From positions 89,156,001 to 89,220,000 of the forward strand of contig NC_043002.1 in assembly GCF_006345805.1 (NCBI RefSeq): DNA of 64,000 nt. The letters run 5' to 3'. The DNA comes from Octopus sinensis. Its lineage: Eukaryota. Of the stretch, positions 50,605 to 63,469 are shown piece by piece. Below the pieces are notes generated by a model. That model made no database searches. It saw only the letters and a list, made by a program, of their open reading frames with translations, and was not told where the DNA came from. Within the stretch, counting starts at the first letter, position 1. The number at the start of each line of letters is the position of its first letter. The position numbers were made by a program, and so were the translations under genes.

Positions 50605-51074
50605 ACGCCAGTCGGGGCAGCGCTGGCAATGGCCATGTTTGGATGAATTCTTTTACGTGCCACCGGCACTGGTATCACAACTATAATTTCCATTGATTTT
50701 TGAAATCGAAATCGAAATTGCTCAAAAATCAATTGAAATTGTAGTTGTGATACCAGTGCCAGTGGCACGTAAAAGAATTCATCTGAACATGGCTGTTGCC
50801 AAAGCCGCTCCGACTGGCCTCTGTGCCAGTGGCACGTAAAAAGCACCAACCGATCGTGGCCATTGCCAGCCTTGCCTGGCACGTAAAAAGCACCCACTAC
50901 ACTCACGAAGTGGTTGGTGTTAGGAAGGGCATCCAGCTGTAGAAACACTGCCAGATCAGACTGGAGCCTGGTGCAGCCTTCTGGCTTCCCAGATCCCAGT
51001 CGAACCGTCCAACCCATGCTAGCATGGAAAGCGGACGTTAAACGACGATGATGATGATGATGATGATGATGATG
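50605..51074 (+). mobile_element. Retro-element with RTE-like 3' tail ending in (GAT)n (copies also 18420-18566, 48905-49075 -, 58490-58970 -, 61870-62010, 63030-63180)
   Basis: TTAGGAAGGGCATCCAGCTGTAGAAAC..CCAACCCATGCTAGCATGGAAAGCGGACGTTAAACGA(TGA)n, with internal GGCACGTAAAAAGCAC repeats. Confidence 0.8.
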
Positions 51075-52190
51075 AGAGAAATACAAGAGTAAACAGTTCC
51101 ACTGACCAGCAATTGTCTTTAGGAACAACTGCATACTGAAGACTGTAGTATGTAGATCAACATGAACAAATAGTGTTAAAGAATAGGACTAATAAACTTG
51201 ACATAACACTGGAGTAAGCATCTATAGATATGTTTGCTCATAATATCCGGCTCAAATTTAATACATCATAAAAGTTATAAAGCAGCAACAAGATGGTGCT
51301 CTGTTTATATTTGTCAATGTCAAAAACACAAATTTGACTAAAACTAAATGCAGCACTACCACAGAGAAAAATTTGATAATGAATTTGAAACCATTTTGAT
51401 GAGAAGACTAACAACTAAAAGAGTTTTACACACACACAATAGTTTTTTTTTGGGGGGGGGGGGGGGCAAATATAAATACCAGAAACAACTCCAACATCAC
51501 TCAACTTGCTAGAAATAACAACCAAATCTCCTTCAAATCACACCCTATAGTCAAAGAGGAATGACACACTGGACAATATAATCATAGACAAACAAAAAGA
51601 CACAATAGTTAAGACTGAAATGCCTTTGATCATAAGTCCTGCATTACAGGACATAACCTTGATCAAAGCAAGTACTTATTATACTGAACCCAACAGGATC
51701 TGAATACAAAACCTGTTTCAGTTATCTACACAGGCATATAAATATATTAGAACATGCAATACATATCTTTTATCTTTTAATTATTTCAGTCATTGGATCA
51801 CAATGCAGCCACATTAGGGGCACTGCCTTGAAGTCGAATAAATCAACTCCAGTACTTACACACTCATTTTTTAAAAAGCCTAGTACTTATTCTATCAGTC
51901 TCTTTTGCTGAACCACTAAGTTATAGGGACATAAACACCAGTTGTCAAGCAGTGGTAAGGGATAAGCACATACACAAAGATACACACACACATACTAACT
52001 TCTTGCAGTTTCCATCTACCAAATACACTCGCACAACTTTGGTTGGCTCAGGACTATAATAGAAGACACTTGCCCAAGGTGTCATGCTATGGGACTGAAC
52101 CTGAAACTATGGAAAGCAAACTTCTTCACACATAGCCATGCCTACACCTGTATGTAAAACTATATTACATATGATCAGGTATTCATTTAC

Positions 52191-52238
52191 AGATGTGTAC
52201 ATTGGAGTACTGTTTCTTCCTCTGGGATGAGGTTGCTG
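52191..52238 (-). CDS. Tentative exon (48 nt; phase 0-0 reading QQPHPRGRNSTPMYTS, all three frames open)
   Basis: tatAG acceptor, GTAAAT donor. Confidence 0.3.
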
Positions 52239-52274
52239 CTATACATACAGATATCCCAAAATAAGCCAATCAAC

Positions 52275-52620
52275 CATGCATAGACAGGATGCCCTATGCA
52301 CTTTTGCCAAAGGACAAGGAGCTGAAGCCAAGAAGCTCAAAAGACACAATGCCAAAGCCAAGAAGCTCAAAAGACACAATGCCAAATGGACATAAAGCCG
52401 AACGGACACAATAATAAAAAAAACCATTCCTACCTACATAGTTCAATGACCAATTCAGTTTGTCAAATGGTCATATTGTAGGAATAAAATGATTATCATA
52501 CATTTTAATTTTCATTTGTCTTTTTGGCATCTTGTCCATTTGGCTTTATGTTCGTTTCACTTCTTGGCTTCAGAGTCTTTTCCTTTGGCAAAAGCGCATT
52601 CGGCATCCCGTCCGTGTACC
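52275..52620. mobile_element. MULE/foldback-type MITE with 8-9 bp TSD
   Basis: Imperfect ~60+ bp TIRs (GGATGCCCTATGCACTTTTGCCAAAGG / CCTTTGGCAAAAGCGCATTCGGCATCC); (C)CAATCAAC on both flanks; internal 29-bp tandem duplication. Confidence 0.7.
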
Positions 52621-52727
52621 CAATCAACTCACCAACACATTCCAACTTACTCATCTCTCTCTTCCTCTTCACCATTATATTCTATACATTCCACCTCCCT
52701 ATGTCCTGCACTGAACACAATCCTTAC

Positions 52728-52757
52728 TTCAGAATTTCTTCTCAACCCATGTTTATC
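52728..52757 (-). CDS. Tentative micro-exon (phase 0-0), DKHGLRRNSE
   Basis: ttgtAG acceptor, GTAAGG donor, 30 nt. Confidence 0.33.
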
Positions 52758-52959
52758 CTACAACTATCAATTTGCAACTGTTCAGAAGAAACATTAGCCA
52801 AATCAGTCTTGTTAATCTTGGAAGGAGAGCAAAGGTTATGAGTATAGTCCTTTCCCAATGCTAATCTCTGGAGTAACATTCCTTGACTAACCCAATGCTA
52901 ATTTCGGGAGTAACATTCTTTGACAAGAAATACTACAATTTCTACAGATTTCTCCAATA

Positions 52960-53160
52960 CTACAGAAATAAGATTTGAATGTCACAGAAAGGAATCACAA
53001 AGCAGATTCTTCCAAGCTGAGCCAACAAGCAGGAGATTTAGAGGTAGAAGGACAAGATGGTTGGACAATATCTATAGTCTCACTTGGCCACACTTGGGAT
53101 ACAGCAAGAACATCTAATCACAGTTGCTTCTGATAGGACCCTATGGAGATGGTGGCAAGA
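52960..53160 (+). mobile_element. RTE-clade LINE 3' end fragment (another at ~59143-59230)
   Basis: Translation RRFRGRRTRWLDNIYSLTWPHLG resembles the GRPRxRWxD C-terminal motif of RTE ORF2. Confidence 0.6.
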
Positions 53161-53614
53161 GAAGATGAATGAATGGATATTAAAAAATAATTTATAGATC
53201 ACATGTAGCTGTGTACAGATGTGATAGAATATTTTCACAGGAAATAGAGCATACAACAATGTGCTCGGTCAGATTAATCAAATTTTCATTTCAAAAATCA
53301 GAAGCAATAGGGTTATTAATTTTACATAGACAAGTCAATATACCAGTTAACATTTCAAGAAAATATAGATATTTAATGCACAATTTAAGCTCTTGTACAG
53401 TGTTGAACAGAACTAAAATGAAAACAATAAGTGCAAGAATGAAATTAAAAGTGTTTTAATAACCAAACTGATATATAAAGAGTTGAATGAGAAAAAAAAA
53501 ACAAACAACTGGCATAATTAGTGATATTTTAATATATAAGACTAGTGCTAACACACTACGTAAAAGATAGTATCTTGGTAGTGACCTGGATTTTGGTATG
53601 TGGAGAATGTTTAA

Positions 53615-53834
53615 CCCTTTAGTATTTAATCTGGCCGTATCCAGCCTAAATATTCAGCATGTTTCATGTTAAAACTGACCAGATCCAACCATTCACACCT
53701 ACCCTACAATGTCATTCTAAAAATGTAAAAACATAACATTGAAATCTTGAAGCTATAAGATAATGCATCATTAATTCGAATCAATATGAATAAATAAACA
53801 ATATATTTGAGAAAGAAATCTGAAAGCTAAAGGG
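53615..53834. mobile_element. piggyBac-type MITE
   Basis: TTAA|CCCTTTAG ... CTAAAGGG|TTAA; homologous to 6788-7002. Confidence 0.8.
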
Positions 53835-54495
53835 TTAATGCAATTTTTGCAAAGGGAGTGAGCATGGGCAGGCAAATTGCAAACTGCACTAGAAAAAGGG
53901 ATGACTGACAGGAAAAAGGTTGAGAATTACAGAGGTAGAGGATTTCTAACTGGCTGGAAACTGTAGTTGCTGTTTGACCCCAAATCAGACAGGATTGAGC
54001 AGATTTATGATGAAAGCCTTCTAGTTGTAACTATTTGTCTTTTAGCACATCAGGGACTGCATTCTGAAATGTTTCCTTTCGATTTTACAGTATGTGTGTA
54101 GCTCTGTATGTTTTGTCTAACTCATGCAGGCAAAGAAAAGAGGACATTAAAACTGACAATGATGATGTTCTGTATATAAATAAATGTATATGCAGGTGTC
54201 TCATTATACATCCATTTCTCTCAATGTTTACATAGCAACTTCCATCCACCCCCATCTCTCTTCATATATATCTTTTAACTTCACTTGTTTCAGTCATGAG
54301 ACTGCGGCCATGCTTGGGCACTACCTTTAAAAATTTTTTTGGCAAATTAATCAACCCCCCAGGACTTATTTTCTCTTATTCTATCAGCCACTTCTGCTGA
54401 ACAGCTACGTTACAGGGTCATAAACATTGGTTGTCAAGTGATGATGGGGGGGGGGGCAAACACAGAAAGAAACACACACACACACACACACACAC

Positions 54496-54527
<32 letters not shown>

Positions 54528-55840
54528 CACAACAGGCTTTTTTCGGCTTCCATCCAGAAGGGTTTGGCTGAGGCTATAGGAGAAGTCACTTGCCAAAGGC
54601 ACCACATCTCTCATGTGTGTGTACGTACGTACATACATACATACGGTGTTGTGTATGTGTATATCGTTTATCAAGTTTTCTCTATCTCCCTCATTTTCCC
54701 TCTCTCTTTCTCTCAAACACACATTCCTTACCTCAACAACAGATCCCACCTCTCTTTCAGGTGGCAGATTACTCAACTGATAACATGAACAACTCCATAA
54801 CAGTAACAGAGAAGCAATTCTTTTAAATCTATAGATTTTTGTTTTAATTCTTTTACTTATATGTGGACACCACCTTGAAGGGCTTAATAAAACAACTCAA
54901 CCCCAGTACTAAATTTTTATGTCTAGAACTTATTTTATCGCCCTCCTTCGCTGAACCACTAAGTTACAGGAATGTAAACAAACCAACACTGGTTGTCAAG
55001 TGAGGGTGGAGGATAAACATAATACACACACAAATATATACATATATATAAATGACAGGCTTCTTTCAACTTCTATCAAATTCAGTAACAAGGCATTCGC
55101 CAACCCTGGTCCAAAGCAGAAGGCACTTACCTAAGGTACCACAAAGTGGGACTGAACCCAGGACCACATGGTTGGGAAGCAAACTGCTCAACCACAGAGC
55201 CATGTGTGCACCATTTCAGTTGAAGGCATCACTCATGGGAATAACTTTAAATCAAAGATGAAATGATGAAATGCTTCAATATAGAATTCACTGATAGGTC
55301 TTTGTATGCATATTTCAAGTGATAACAGACAAATGAAAGCTTATAAACTGGTCAGCTTAGAAGATTTTGTTCCTGAGTACAAGCCTAAAGAATACCAAGT
55401 AAATGACATTGATGAAGGAGCCTCTATATCAGTCATTGGTGAACTGTAGACTATGGAACTTCCTGAATGGCATGCCTAATAAAAAAATTACCTTGAATCT
55501 TTACGGTGTGGTTTGTCTGATGATGAGCCATATTTTATGTGGGCTGCTTCTCATAAAAGGTTGCCTGTGCCTGCTTTGTATAGTCACCCAACAGGAAATA
55601 GCAGTCAAATTCCCCCAAATCACACTCTATTGTCTTAAAAGGGTGGACTTTTTTTTTTTTGGTATGTTTGTTCCCAAACAACACTTCTTTTAGTGCTGTT
55701 CACACTGCTGAATTGAATGGTACTGTCCAGGTGTCAAAACCATAATGATATCGGTGGGACAGCTGATGATGGAGGTATGTTGGATTGTTGGTATGGCTGT
55801 TTTTATATATGTGGAATAGTGTTATAACATATCCTTTTGG

Positions 55841-55880
<40 letters not shown>

Positions 55881-57140
55881 TGCGCACACACACAAAGACG
55901 AAATCATCTTTGCTGATAGGTTTTTTTTCAATCAGCGTTGATCAAAGGCTAAACAATAACAATAATATCATATAGGAAAATGGATCTCCATTAATTTCAA
56001 TGATAAATATTTAGTCATTTGAACAACTTGCTTTGTATGGTCACCAACAGGAAGTAGCAGCCGAATTCCTTCAAATCACACCTTATCATCTTAATAAAAC
56101 GATGGACACAGTAGACATAGTAGTCTTTATATATACATATATTATACACACACACAAAGACAAGATCATCTTTGCTCATAAGTTCTATTCAATCAGTGCT
56201 AACCAGGAGCTAAACCGAAACAATATTAGACAAGGAAACGGATCTCCATTAGCTTCAATGATTAAGTTGTTCAGATGTTTTGAACAACCGAACAGCTTGG
56301 TCATAGAATTAGTAACCGGCTGAGTATTCCAAAGACACATGTATGCTTAACAGAGTGTAACCTTTGAATTTCGAACACAATCCATCCAACAAGCTTCCAC
56401 ACAGTTTCCATTTTCCAAGCTTCACTCACAAGGTTTAGGCCAACCCAAAAGTAAAGTAAAACGCATTTGCCCAACTTGCCACACAAATGGGATTGAACTC
56501 AGGACCTCATGATTACAAAGAAAACTGCTTAATTATTCAGCCATGTTGAGCTAATATATCATTGTTTTTAGTGTCCAGTTTTCCATGCTTGCATGGATTG
56601 GATGGACATCATTGTGATGGATTTTCTATGGCCAGATGCCCCTCCTGTCACCAGCCATCACCTGCTTTCAACCAAGGAAATATTACCCCATGGCCATACA
56701 AGTTTGCTCAGAATACTGGAAATGGAGGTTACTAATGACATGGTAGTGACACTTGTTTACAAATATCATGCAATGTGAAGGCAAGGAGACAGATGCACAC
56801 GCATATTTATAATGGGCTTCTTTCAGTTTCTACTTTTGAGTGTGTGTGTGCGTGTGTATATATACATAGGTCAGAATGCATGAGGAGGACAGACTAATTA
56901 CCGAAAATAATTTTAAATATTGTTCTTTAATCTTAACAATCTGTACAGAATGTAGTACAGATATACATTAGGACTTAAATTGAATCAACTAAGTTGAAAC
57001 TGACAAAAACCACAACACATTTGAAATAGAATCTAAAATTAAACTAATACAATTTGGTGCAAATTATGAACGGAAAATGGAATGGTAAGGAATATGAGTA
57101 AAGACAATATCAAAATGCTTTAATTCTAAATTAATCTGAC

Positions 57141-57241
57141 CTTCGAGTTGGGACAGCAACTGTAAGGAGAGTGGCTCAAATGTAGATGAAGGGTAGGTGA
57201 ATTGTCAGAACTATTAGCAAAGACAGCAATATTCCAGATAC
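57141..57241 (-). CDS. Tentative exon (phase 1-0), (C)IWNIAVFANSSDNSPTLHLHLSHSPYSCCPNSK
   Basis: Long pyrimidine tract ttatttctctgttgttttccattaccAG, AAG|GTCAGA donor, 101 nt open; an alternative acceptor at 57291 gives a 150-nt open exon. Confidence 0.4.
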
Positions 57242-58048
57242 CTGGTAATGGAAAACAACAGAGAAATAAAGCAGCCACTACAGAAAATGCCTAAAGAAGA
57301 AGTCTACTAGTATTTTTAAAAGATTTGGTACAACAGATGTTGCTTTGGTAAGAGTCGTATGTTTTTGCTGCCAGGATATGAACTCAACATTACTGTGCAT
57401 CATCTAACACACAACTACATTCGTTTTAACCTCTACTTTTCCATGCTTGCATAGGTCAGACAGAATTTGTTGAAGGAAAATTTTCTACAGCTGGATGCTC
57501 TTCCTGTCCCAAACACTTACCTGTTTCAAAAGAAAGTAATATTCCCCAGGACCAGGCATGGTTTCATAAGATTGGAAACGAAGTACAACATATGCAGGAT
57601 GGTGACATTGATTTACAAATATCAAATAAATTCCAAACAAGGAGACAGTAACACATACAAGCACAGGTAAACGCACACATGCAAACACCCACCCATTCAC
57701 ATACCTGTCGCTATAGCTGCTGACCTCCCAGAGCAATATCAACACGCACGCACACAGATCCTACCACACACAGTTACCACCACATGCACACAGTTACTGC
57801 CACACACACACGCGTGCTACCCCCCACCCCCACTTTCCTGTCCCAGAAAGCACTTTCTCTTCCTCCTTCTACTTCTACTTCTGGTCACTTCAGAAATGTA
57901 ACCGCAGTGTGAACTGCTGGCGATTTTCCCTCCTCCTTCCTTCTTTCCCGTTGGACATTCTTGTTTCCAATGAAGAGCTATGCACAAAATGTAAAACAAC
58001 ACTCTTCTTTCTCCATTTGTTTGTTTCTTTTTTCTGTTTTTTGAATGT

Positions 58049-58103
<55 letters not shown>

Positions 58104-59322
58104 TACATACATACATACACATATATATGGCATGTTTCTTTCACCTTCCATCTACCAAATTCACTTACTGGCCAGCTTGGGGTTACAGTAGAAAATACAT
58201 GCCCAGACTATGTGGTTGAAAATAAACTTCTTGTCACACAGTCACACATACTTATCAATGCCTTCATAATTACTTTCTACACTAAACTACAGCCATACTG
58301 GGATAATACATTGAGGAGTTTTAAATCAACTGTACTGACTTCAGAACTTCTTTTAGCAGTTTCTATTTATCACACTCCAAGTTAACGAGACATAATCACA
58401 GACACCATTTTCTCAAAGCAGTCAAATGTAAAGGCAGAAATGCATACACACAAACACAAGCACATATACATACATGTGTGTATATCTCATCAACATTTAA
58501 TGTCCACTTTCCTTGCTGGTCTGGATTGAATGGTTTGACAGGATCTGGTGAGCCACAGGACAGTATTGTAAACCAGGTCAGTTTTGGCATGATTTCTATG
58601 GCTGGATGCCCTTCCTAACACCAATCACCTTACAGTGTGTACTGAGTGCCTTTTTCATATCACCGGCCACTACCTGGCTTGCCAAGTAACTTGCAAGACA
58701 GGAAAGAAGCAACCCCCACACAGTTCATCATCATTTAACATCCATTGTCCATGCTGGCATGGGTTGGATGGTTTGACTGGGTTGGCATGCTGCACCAGAT
58801 TCCAGTCTGATTTAGCATGGTTTTCTAAAGCTGGATGCCCTTCCTGATGCCAACCACTCCAAAGTGTAATGGGTGCTTTTATGTGCACTGGCACGGGTGC
58901 CAATTTGTGTGACACCAGTATTTGCCACAACTGCGATTTTGCTTGGTTTGATGGGTTTTCTCAAGCATGACATAATGCCACCACTCACAAGGCACTGGAC
59001 AGTCCAAGGCTACAGTAGAGGGCTCTTGTGCAAGGTATCACGCAGTCAAATTGAACCTCAGATCATGTGGTTGCAAAGTAAACTTCTTAACCACACAGCG
59101 CTCCAAATAAGTGAAACCTGTCAAAGAGAGCAGCTAAGGAATATTTGAGACAAAGTGGGAAAGGCCAACCTAGAGATCCTACATCTCATGGAGGAGATGA
59201 CAAAAGACCATACTGACTGGCAATTGGTATATACAATATCTACATTTATGTTTTTCCCAACAATTATGTTCATATGAAGTCTCTGTATTCCACTCTCCCT
59301 CCTATCTTCATTAACTCTTAAC

Positions 59323-59373
59323 ATCCTTTGTAACAAGGATCCACAAAAGCTGCAGTTGTCAACCTTATACCAT
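59323..59373 (-). CDS. Tentative exon (phase 1-1), GIRLTTAAFVDPCYKG
   Basis: caatttcAG acceptor, GTTAAG donor (weak), 51 nt. Confidence 0.33.
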
Positions 59374-59751
59374 CTGAAATTGCACAAATGAATTGATGAC
59401 CTTATTTACATTCATTTGTAAGAAAGTTATGAATTCTCTTATCTAAAGGGGAAAACTTTAACCTTCTTCAGTATCACTTATTTTTGTAACATTCCTGACA
59501 CTGACTCAGATGTTGCTGAATTTTCATGATGTTTGGAGACATTTATTATCAAAATGTTCTTTGAAAAATTATTGCTAATGATTCTTTGTATAACAACTTA
59601 ATGATCTAATCAATAAATTAATGGCTGATAAGGCTTTGGAGACAATAAACAGAGCAATACATCCATCCTTCTGGGCACACTTGATGCATGACTTCGTCCT
59701 TTTTTTATCAAGGGGCTTGAACAAAATATTACCTGAAGAACTGAAACTTAC

Positions 59752-59797
59752 GCAAGAGTTGTTTGTCCAAAAATACTTTTAGGACTTGGTGAAATAC
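59752..59797 (-). CDS. Tentative exon (phase 0-1), VFHQVLKVFLDKQLL
   Basis: AG acceptor, GTAAGT donor, 46 nt open. Confidence 0.35.
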
Positions 59798-60060
59798 CTA
59801 TTTCAGGTTTCCTCTTTATGTTTTCAACTTTTTCTGTTGCTAAGTATGATTTACGCAACAAACTAAATTGTATACAAAACAAAGGACAGCAGTTAACTTT
59901 GTGCTTACATTTGTTGAAATTCATGCATACCTGGATATGTTGTTATTGTTGCTTAACCACTTATACCTTAATTCAATGAGCAAGTAATTCAGTCAACTGA
60001 ACAACTGAATTCTCACAACAATGACAAGAGAACCAACCAACCAAACATCCATCCATCCTC

Positions 60061-60290
60061 TTTCTTTACTACCCACAAGGGGCTAAACACAGAGAGGACA
60101 AACAAGGGCAGACAAACGGATTAAGTTGATTACATCGACCCCAGTGCATAACTGGTACTTAATTTATCAAACCCGAAAGGATGAAAGGCAAAGTCAACTT
60201 TGGTGGAATTTGAACTCAGAATGTACCGGCAGACGAAATACCGCTAAGCATTTCGCCCGGCGTGCTAACGTTTCTGCCAGCTCTCCGCCT
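60061..60290 (-). mobile_element. Young full-length tRNA-derived SINE (same subfamily as 49295)
   Basis: Near-identical to 49480-49710; inserted in (CCAT)n. Confidence 0.85.
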
Positions 60291-60912
60291 TAATCTGCCA
60301 GCTCTCCATCCATCCATATCTATCTAAGATTCAAAGGAATTTAAACCTAAATAATAATAATAATAATAATAATTACTAACATAAACAAAAAAGCTTGAAG
60401 TTGGATGAATAAAAGCAAATAAGTAACAAGGATGTCCAGGTATCAGTGCATTATGGCTGTTTCAAGCAGCTCCATTTAATCAATCAATGCAAACATTAGG
60501 TTTTAGGTATTTTTTCCCTAAATTTATTCTGCTACAATAATAACAAAAAGAAGAGTTTTAGTCTCTAGTACTCATGAAAAATTTGCTAAGAAATTATAAT
60601 GGAGTATCCTGTATGTTGGAAATCTATATGGTCGTATGCTTCCGAGGAGAGTGGTTTATTTCAAATTGATGTAATGTTTGCACCGATCGGTTAAATTGAG
60701 CCACTTGAAATGGCCGTAATGCACTTATATCTGGACATCTTTGTTTACACACATTTTTTTTCTCTCCTTGTTTTTTCTGTGTACCTTTCTGTAGAAGAGC
60801 ATAGGCTCGAAACATAAAAGACTTTTTCTATTCCTGAGCGCTATACTAATACATCTGTTTGTTTGTACACCACCAGCCTTCGTCTTTTGTTTATTTTCGT
60901 AAACTTTCCCTG

Positions 60913-60955
<43 letters not shown>

Positions 60956-62190
60956 ATATATGAATTAACATATACGTGGCTGAGCATCCTACAGACTCAT
61001 GTACTTTCAATATAATTCTCAGAAAGAATCAACAGGATAATTTGTGTGACAAAGCTGTACCTTTGAATTACAGATACAAACCATCTGATGGTCTTTGATG
61101 TAGCTTCTGTCTACCTTAAATCACCCACAATGTAGGGATCAAAGTTAAACTATAAAAATGACATTTGCCCATGTCCCACCAAGCATTCCCCACACACTTA
61201 TTGCAATGCCCTGTCAAGCATTCCTGACATCTCATCTCCATACCCTCCTTCCCCTCAGCATCTGTCTCCTGACATACCCCCTAACTCTTTGCACTACCAG
61301 TTACTGCCTTCCTTCCTTCTCATGATCATGCCTTCCATGTGCCTCCAGCTCCTCCCCCACCTTCCATATCAGCTATCATTCTCAGCACTCTCTGATGTTT
61401 ACTGCCTTGCCCACTGCTCCTGTCTTGTTCATCATCAACTCCTTGAATTGTCATCCCTAAGCCATTCCTATCCCTCTCGGCTTAATCCCCACCCATATCT
61501 ACCTGTTCATCACTCACTACATTCACCTCTATCCCCATCTCTAACAATCTGGTTCTTGTCTCACACTCTTACAGCCACCATCCCCTTCCCGATCCACTAC
61601 CTGTACTATTCCTTGCTTCTTAAGGTTTTGCTCTGGCACCCAACATTACCATCTTACTTTCCTAGATGTCCTAACCCACCGTTATATAAATGCAGGTTAG
61701 TCATGTATCTTTGCTATATCCCTGGCACAAAATCACCTCTTCCTCGCCCCTGAAATACCCCACCATCACTTAGTTGTGAAAACTTTTTCCTTTTCTTTCC
61801 TGTCTTGCATTTTAGTTGGCAACTCCACAAATATAATAATTAAATAATAATTTTAAAAAAGCATCTGGTAAACACTGTAAAGTGGTTGGCATAAGAAAAA
61901 GCATCCAGCTGCAGGAACCATACCAAAACAGACAGTGGAGCTTGATAGAGTCCTCTGGCTTGCCAACTACTGTCAAACGATCCAACACACGCCAGCATCG
62001 AGGGTGAAGATGATGGTGGTGGTGGTGGTATGTGTGTGTGTGTGTGTGTGTGTACACGTGCATGCAGTGGGCTTCTACATAGCGTCCATCAACTAAATTC
62101 TATTCACAAGGTATTGAGATATTGATCATCTGAAAGTTATGGCAGAAGTCAGATGCCTAAGGTGCTGCAAAGTAAAATCAAACTCATGAC

Positions 62191-62315
62191 TGTGGCCATA
62201 TTTGTATTTTTGTCTTTAACTAACAGACAACAAGAAAAGAAAGTGAATCTATTGAAATCCTGAATATTATCTATGGCCACAATGAATTCTTCAGACCAGT
62301 TCAAAATATTCTTTG
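62191..62315 (-). CDS. Tentative exon (phase 1-0), KNILNWSEEFIVAIDNIQDFNRFTFFSCCLLVKDKNTNMAT
   Basis: Strong pyrimidine tract ctttatgtctttccttgtcttcatgtAG; lies within ORF 62149-62358; donor GTCATG uncertain. Confidence 0.4.
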
Positions 62316-62885
62316 CTACATGAAGACAAGGAAAGACATAAAGAACAATGCTTGTCATTTTGAGGATATTTGATTGTACCCTATTATCAGCTAGAAAGTT
62401 GAGTAAACAATTAGATAATCTACAAAAATAGAGTTATCACAAATATTTACTTCACTTAATGCTAGTGAAATAAAATGTCAGCATATTTTAGTTTGCTATG
62501 AATTGTAAAATCACTAATTTATTACCAAAATGTTATTTAACTGTATTTAAGTGCTTTACTGTGGAGGCATGAGCGAAACAACTAATCTCCACGCGGCTCT
62601 GGCAGAAGGTAATGGCGAAACTTCTGCTGACTCTTTCACCACAACTTTCTCTTGCTCTTTCCTCCTGCATCTTGTAGCTCACCTGTGACGGACCGGCTTC
62701 CCTCCCAGGTGGGGAACCTATACGCCAAGGAAACTGGCAAACCAGCCCTATGCTCCACAGGGGGAAAAGAAGAAGAAGAAGAAGAAGAAGAAGAAAAAGT
62801 GCTTTATTGCTTATTCATTATCTTTACTGCTTATCTACAGCTTAAATGGGAGGAAATTGAAGCACTTCTTGTCACCAACACTTAC

Positions 62886-62918
62886 TCTGTTTTTCCAGAG
62901 GAATCCAAAAGCACAGAA
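62886..62918 (-). CDS. Tentative micro-exon (phase 1-1), LCFWIPLEKQ
   Basis: attgctAG acceptor, GTAAGT donor, 33 nt. Confidence 0.35.
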
Positions 62919-63453
62919 CTAGCAATATTTTGACAGAAAATGTTAACAAATATCACCAGCTGCAGCTCAAGCACTAACAGTGATGTCACCATCTAAACTC
63001 ATTGCTCAGCACACAAAGAGACAAATACATGCATGTAAAAAGCACCAAGTACATTCTGTAAAGTGGTTGGCACTAGGAAGGGCATCCAGAGACAGTGGAG
63101 TAGCTCACCAGCTACTATTGAGTCATCCAACCCATGCCAGCATGGAGAGTGGATGTTGAATGGTGATGATGATGCATATGGTGATGATGTTGAATGGTGA
63201 TGGTATGTGTGTGTGTGCATGCAATGGGTTTCTTTCAATTTCTGTCAACCATATTCCTTCACAAGGTAATATATTACATTCCATTTCATATGAATTCAAT
63301 CATTCACCAAAATAATTCTTTTTATCATAAAAAGAAGAGGAAATATTATAGTAAAAGGCTTAGATATTTCTTACATCATTTTAATAAAGACAACTGAATC
63401 AATAAATTGTGGTATAAGATATATATCTATAAATATATATATACAACTGTTAC

Positions 63454-63469
63454 CTGATTTCAAAATTTC
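63454..63469 (-). CDS. Tentative 16-nt micro-exon (phase 0-1), EILKS
   Basis: Pyrimidine tract plus actAG acceptor, CAG|GTAACA donor. Confidence 0.28.

Noticed and set aside
50547-51134. 195-aa ORF with poly-His and FLQLDALP motif (motif recurs in many ORFs)
   Set aside because: Antisense reading of a high-copy retro-element tail, not a gene family
61289-61753. 154-aa L/P/S/H-rich ORF
   Set aside because: Pyrimidine-rich low-complexity sequence; no splice or domain support
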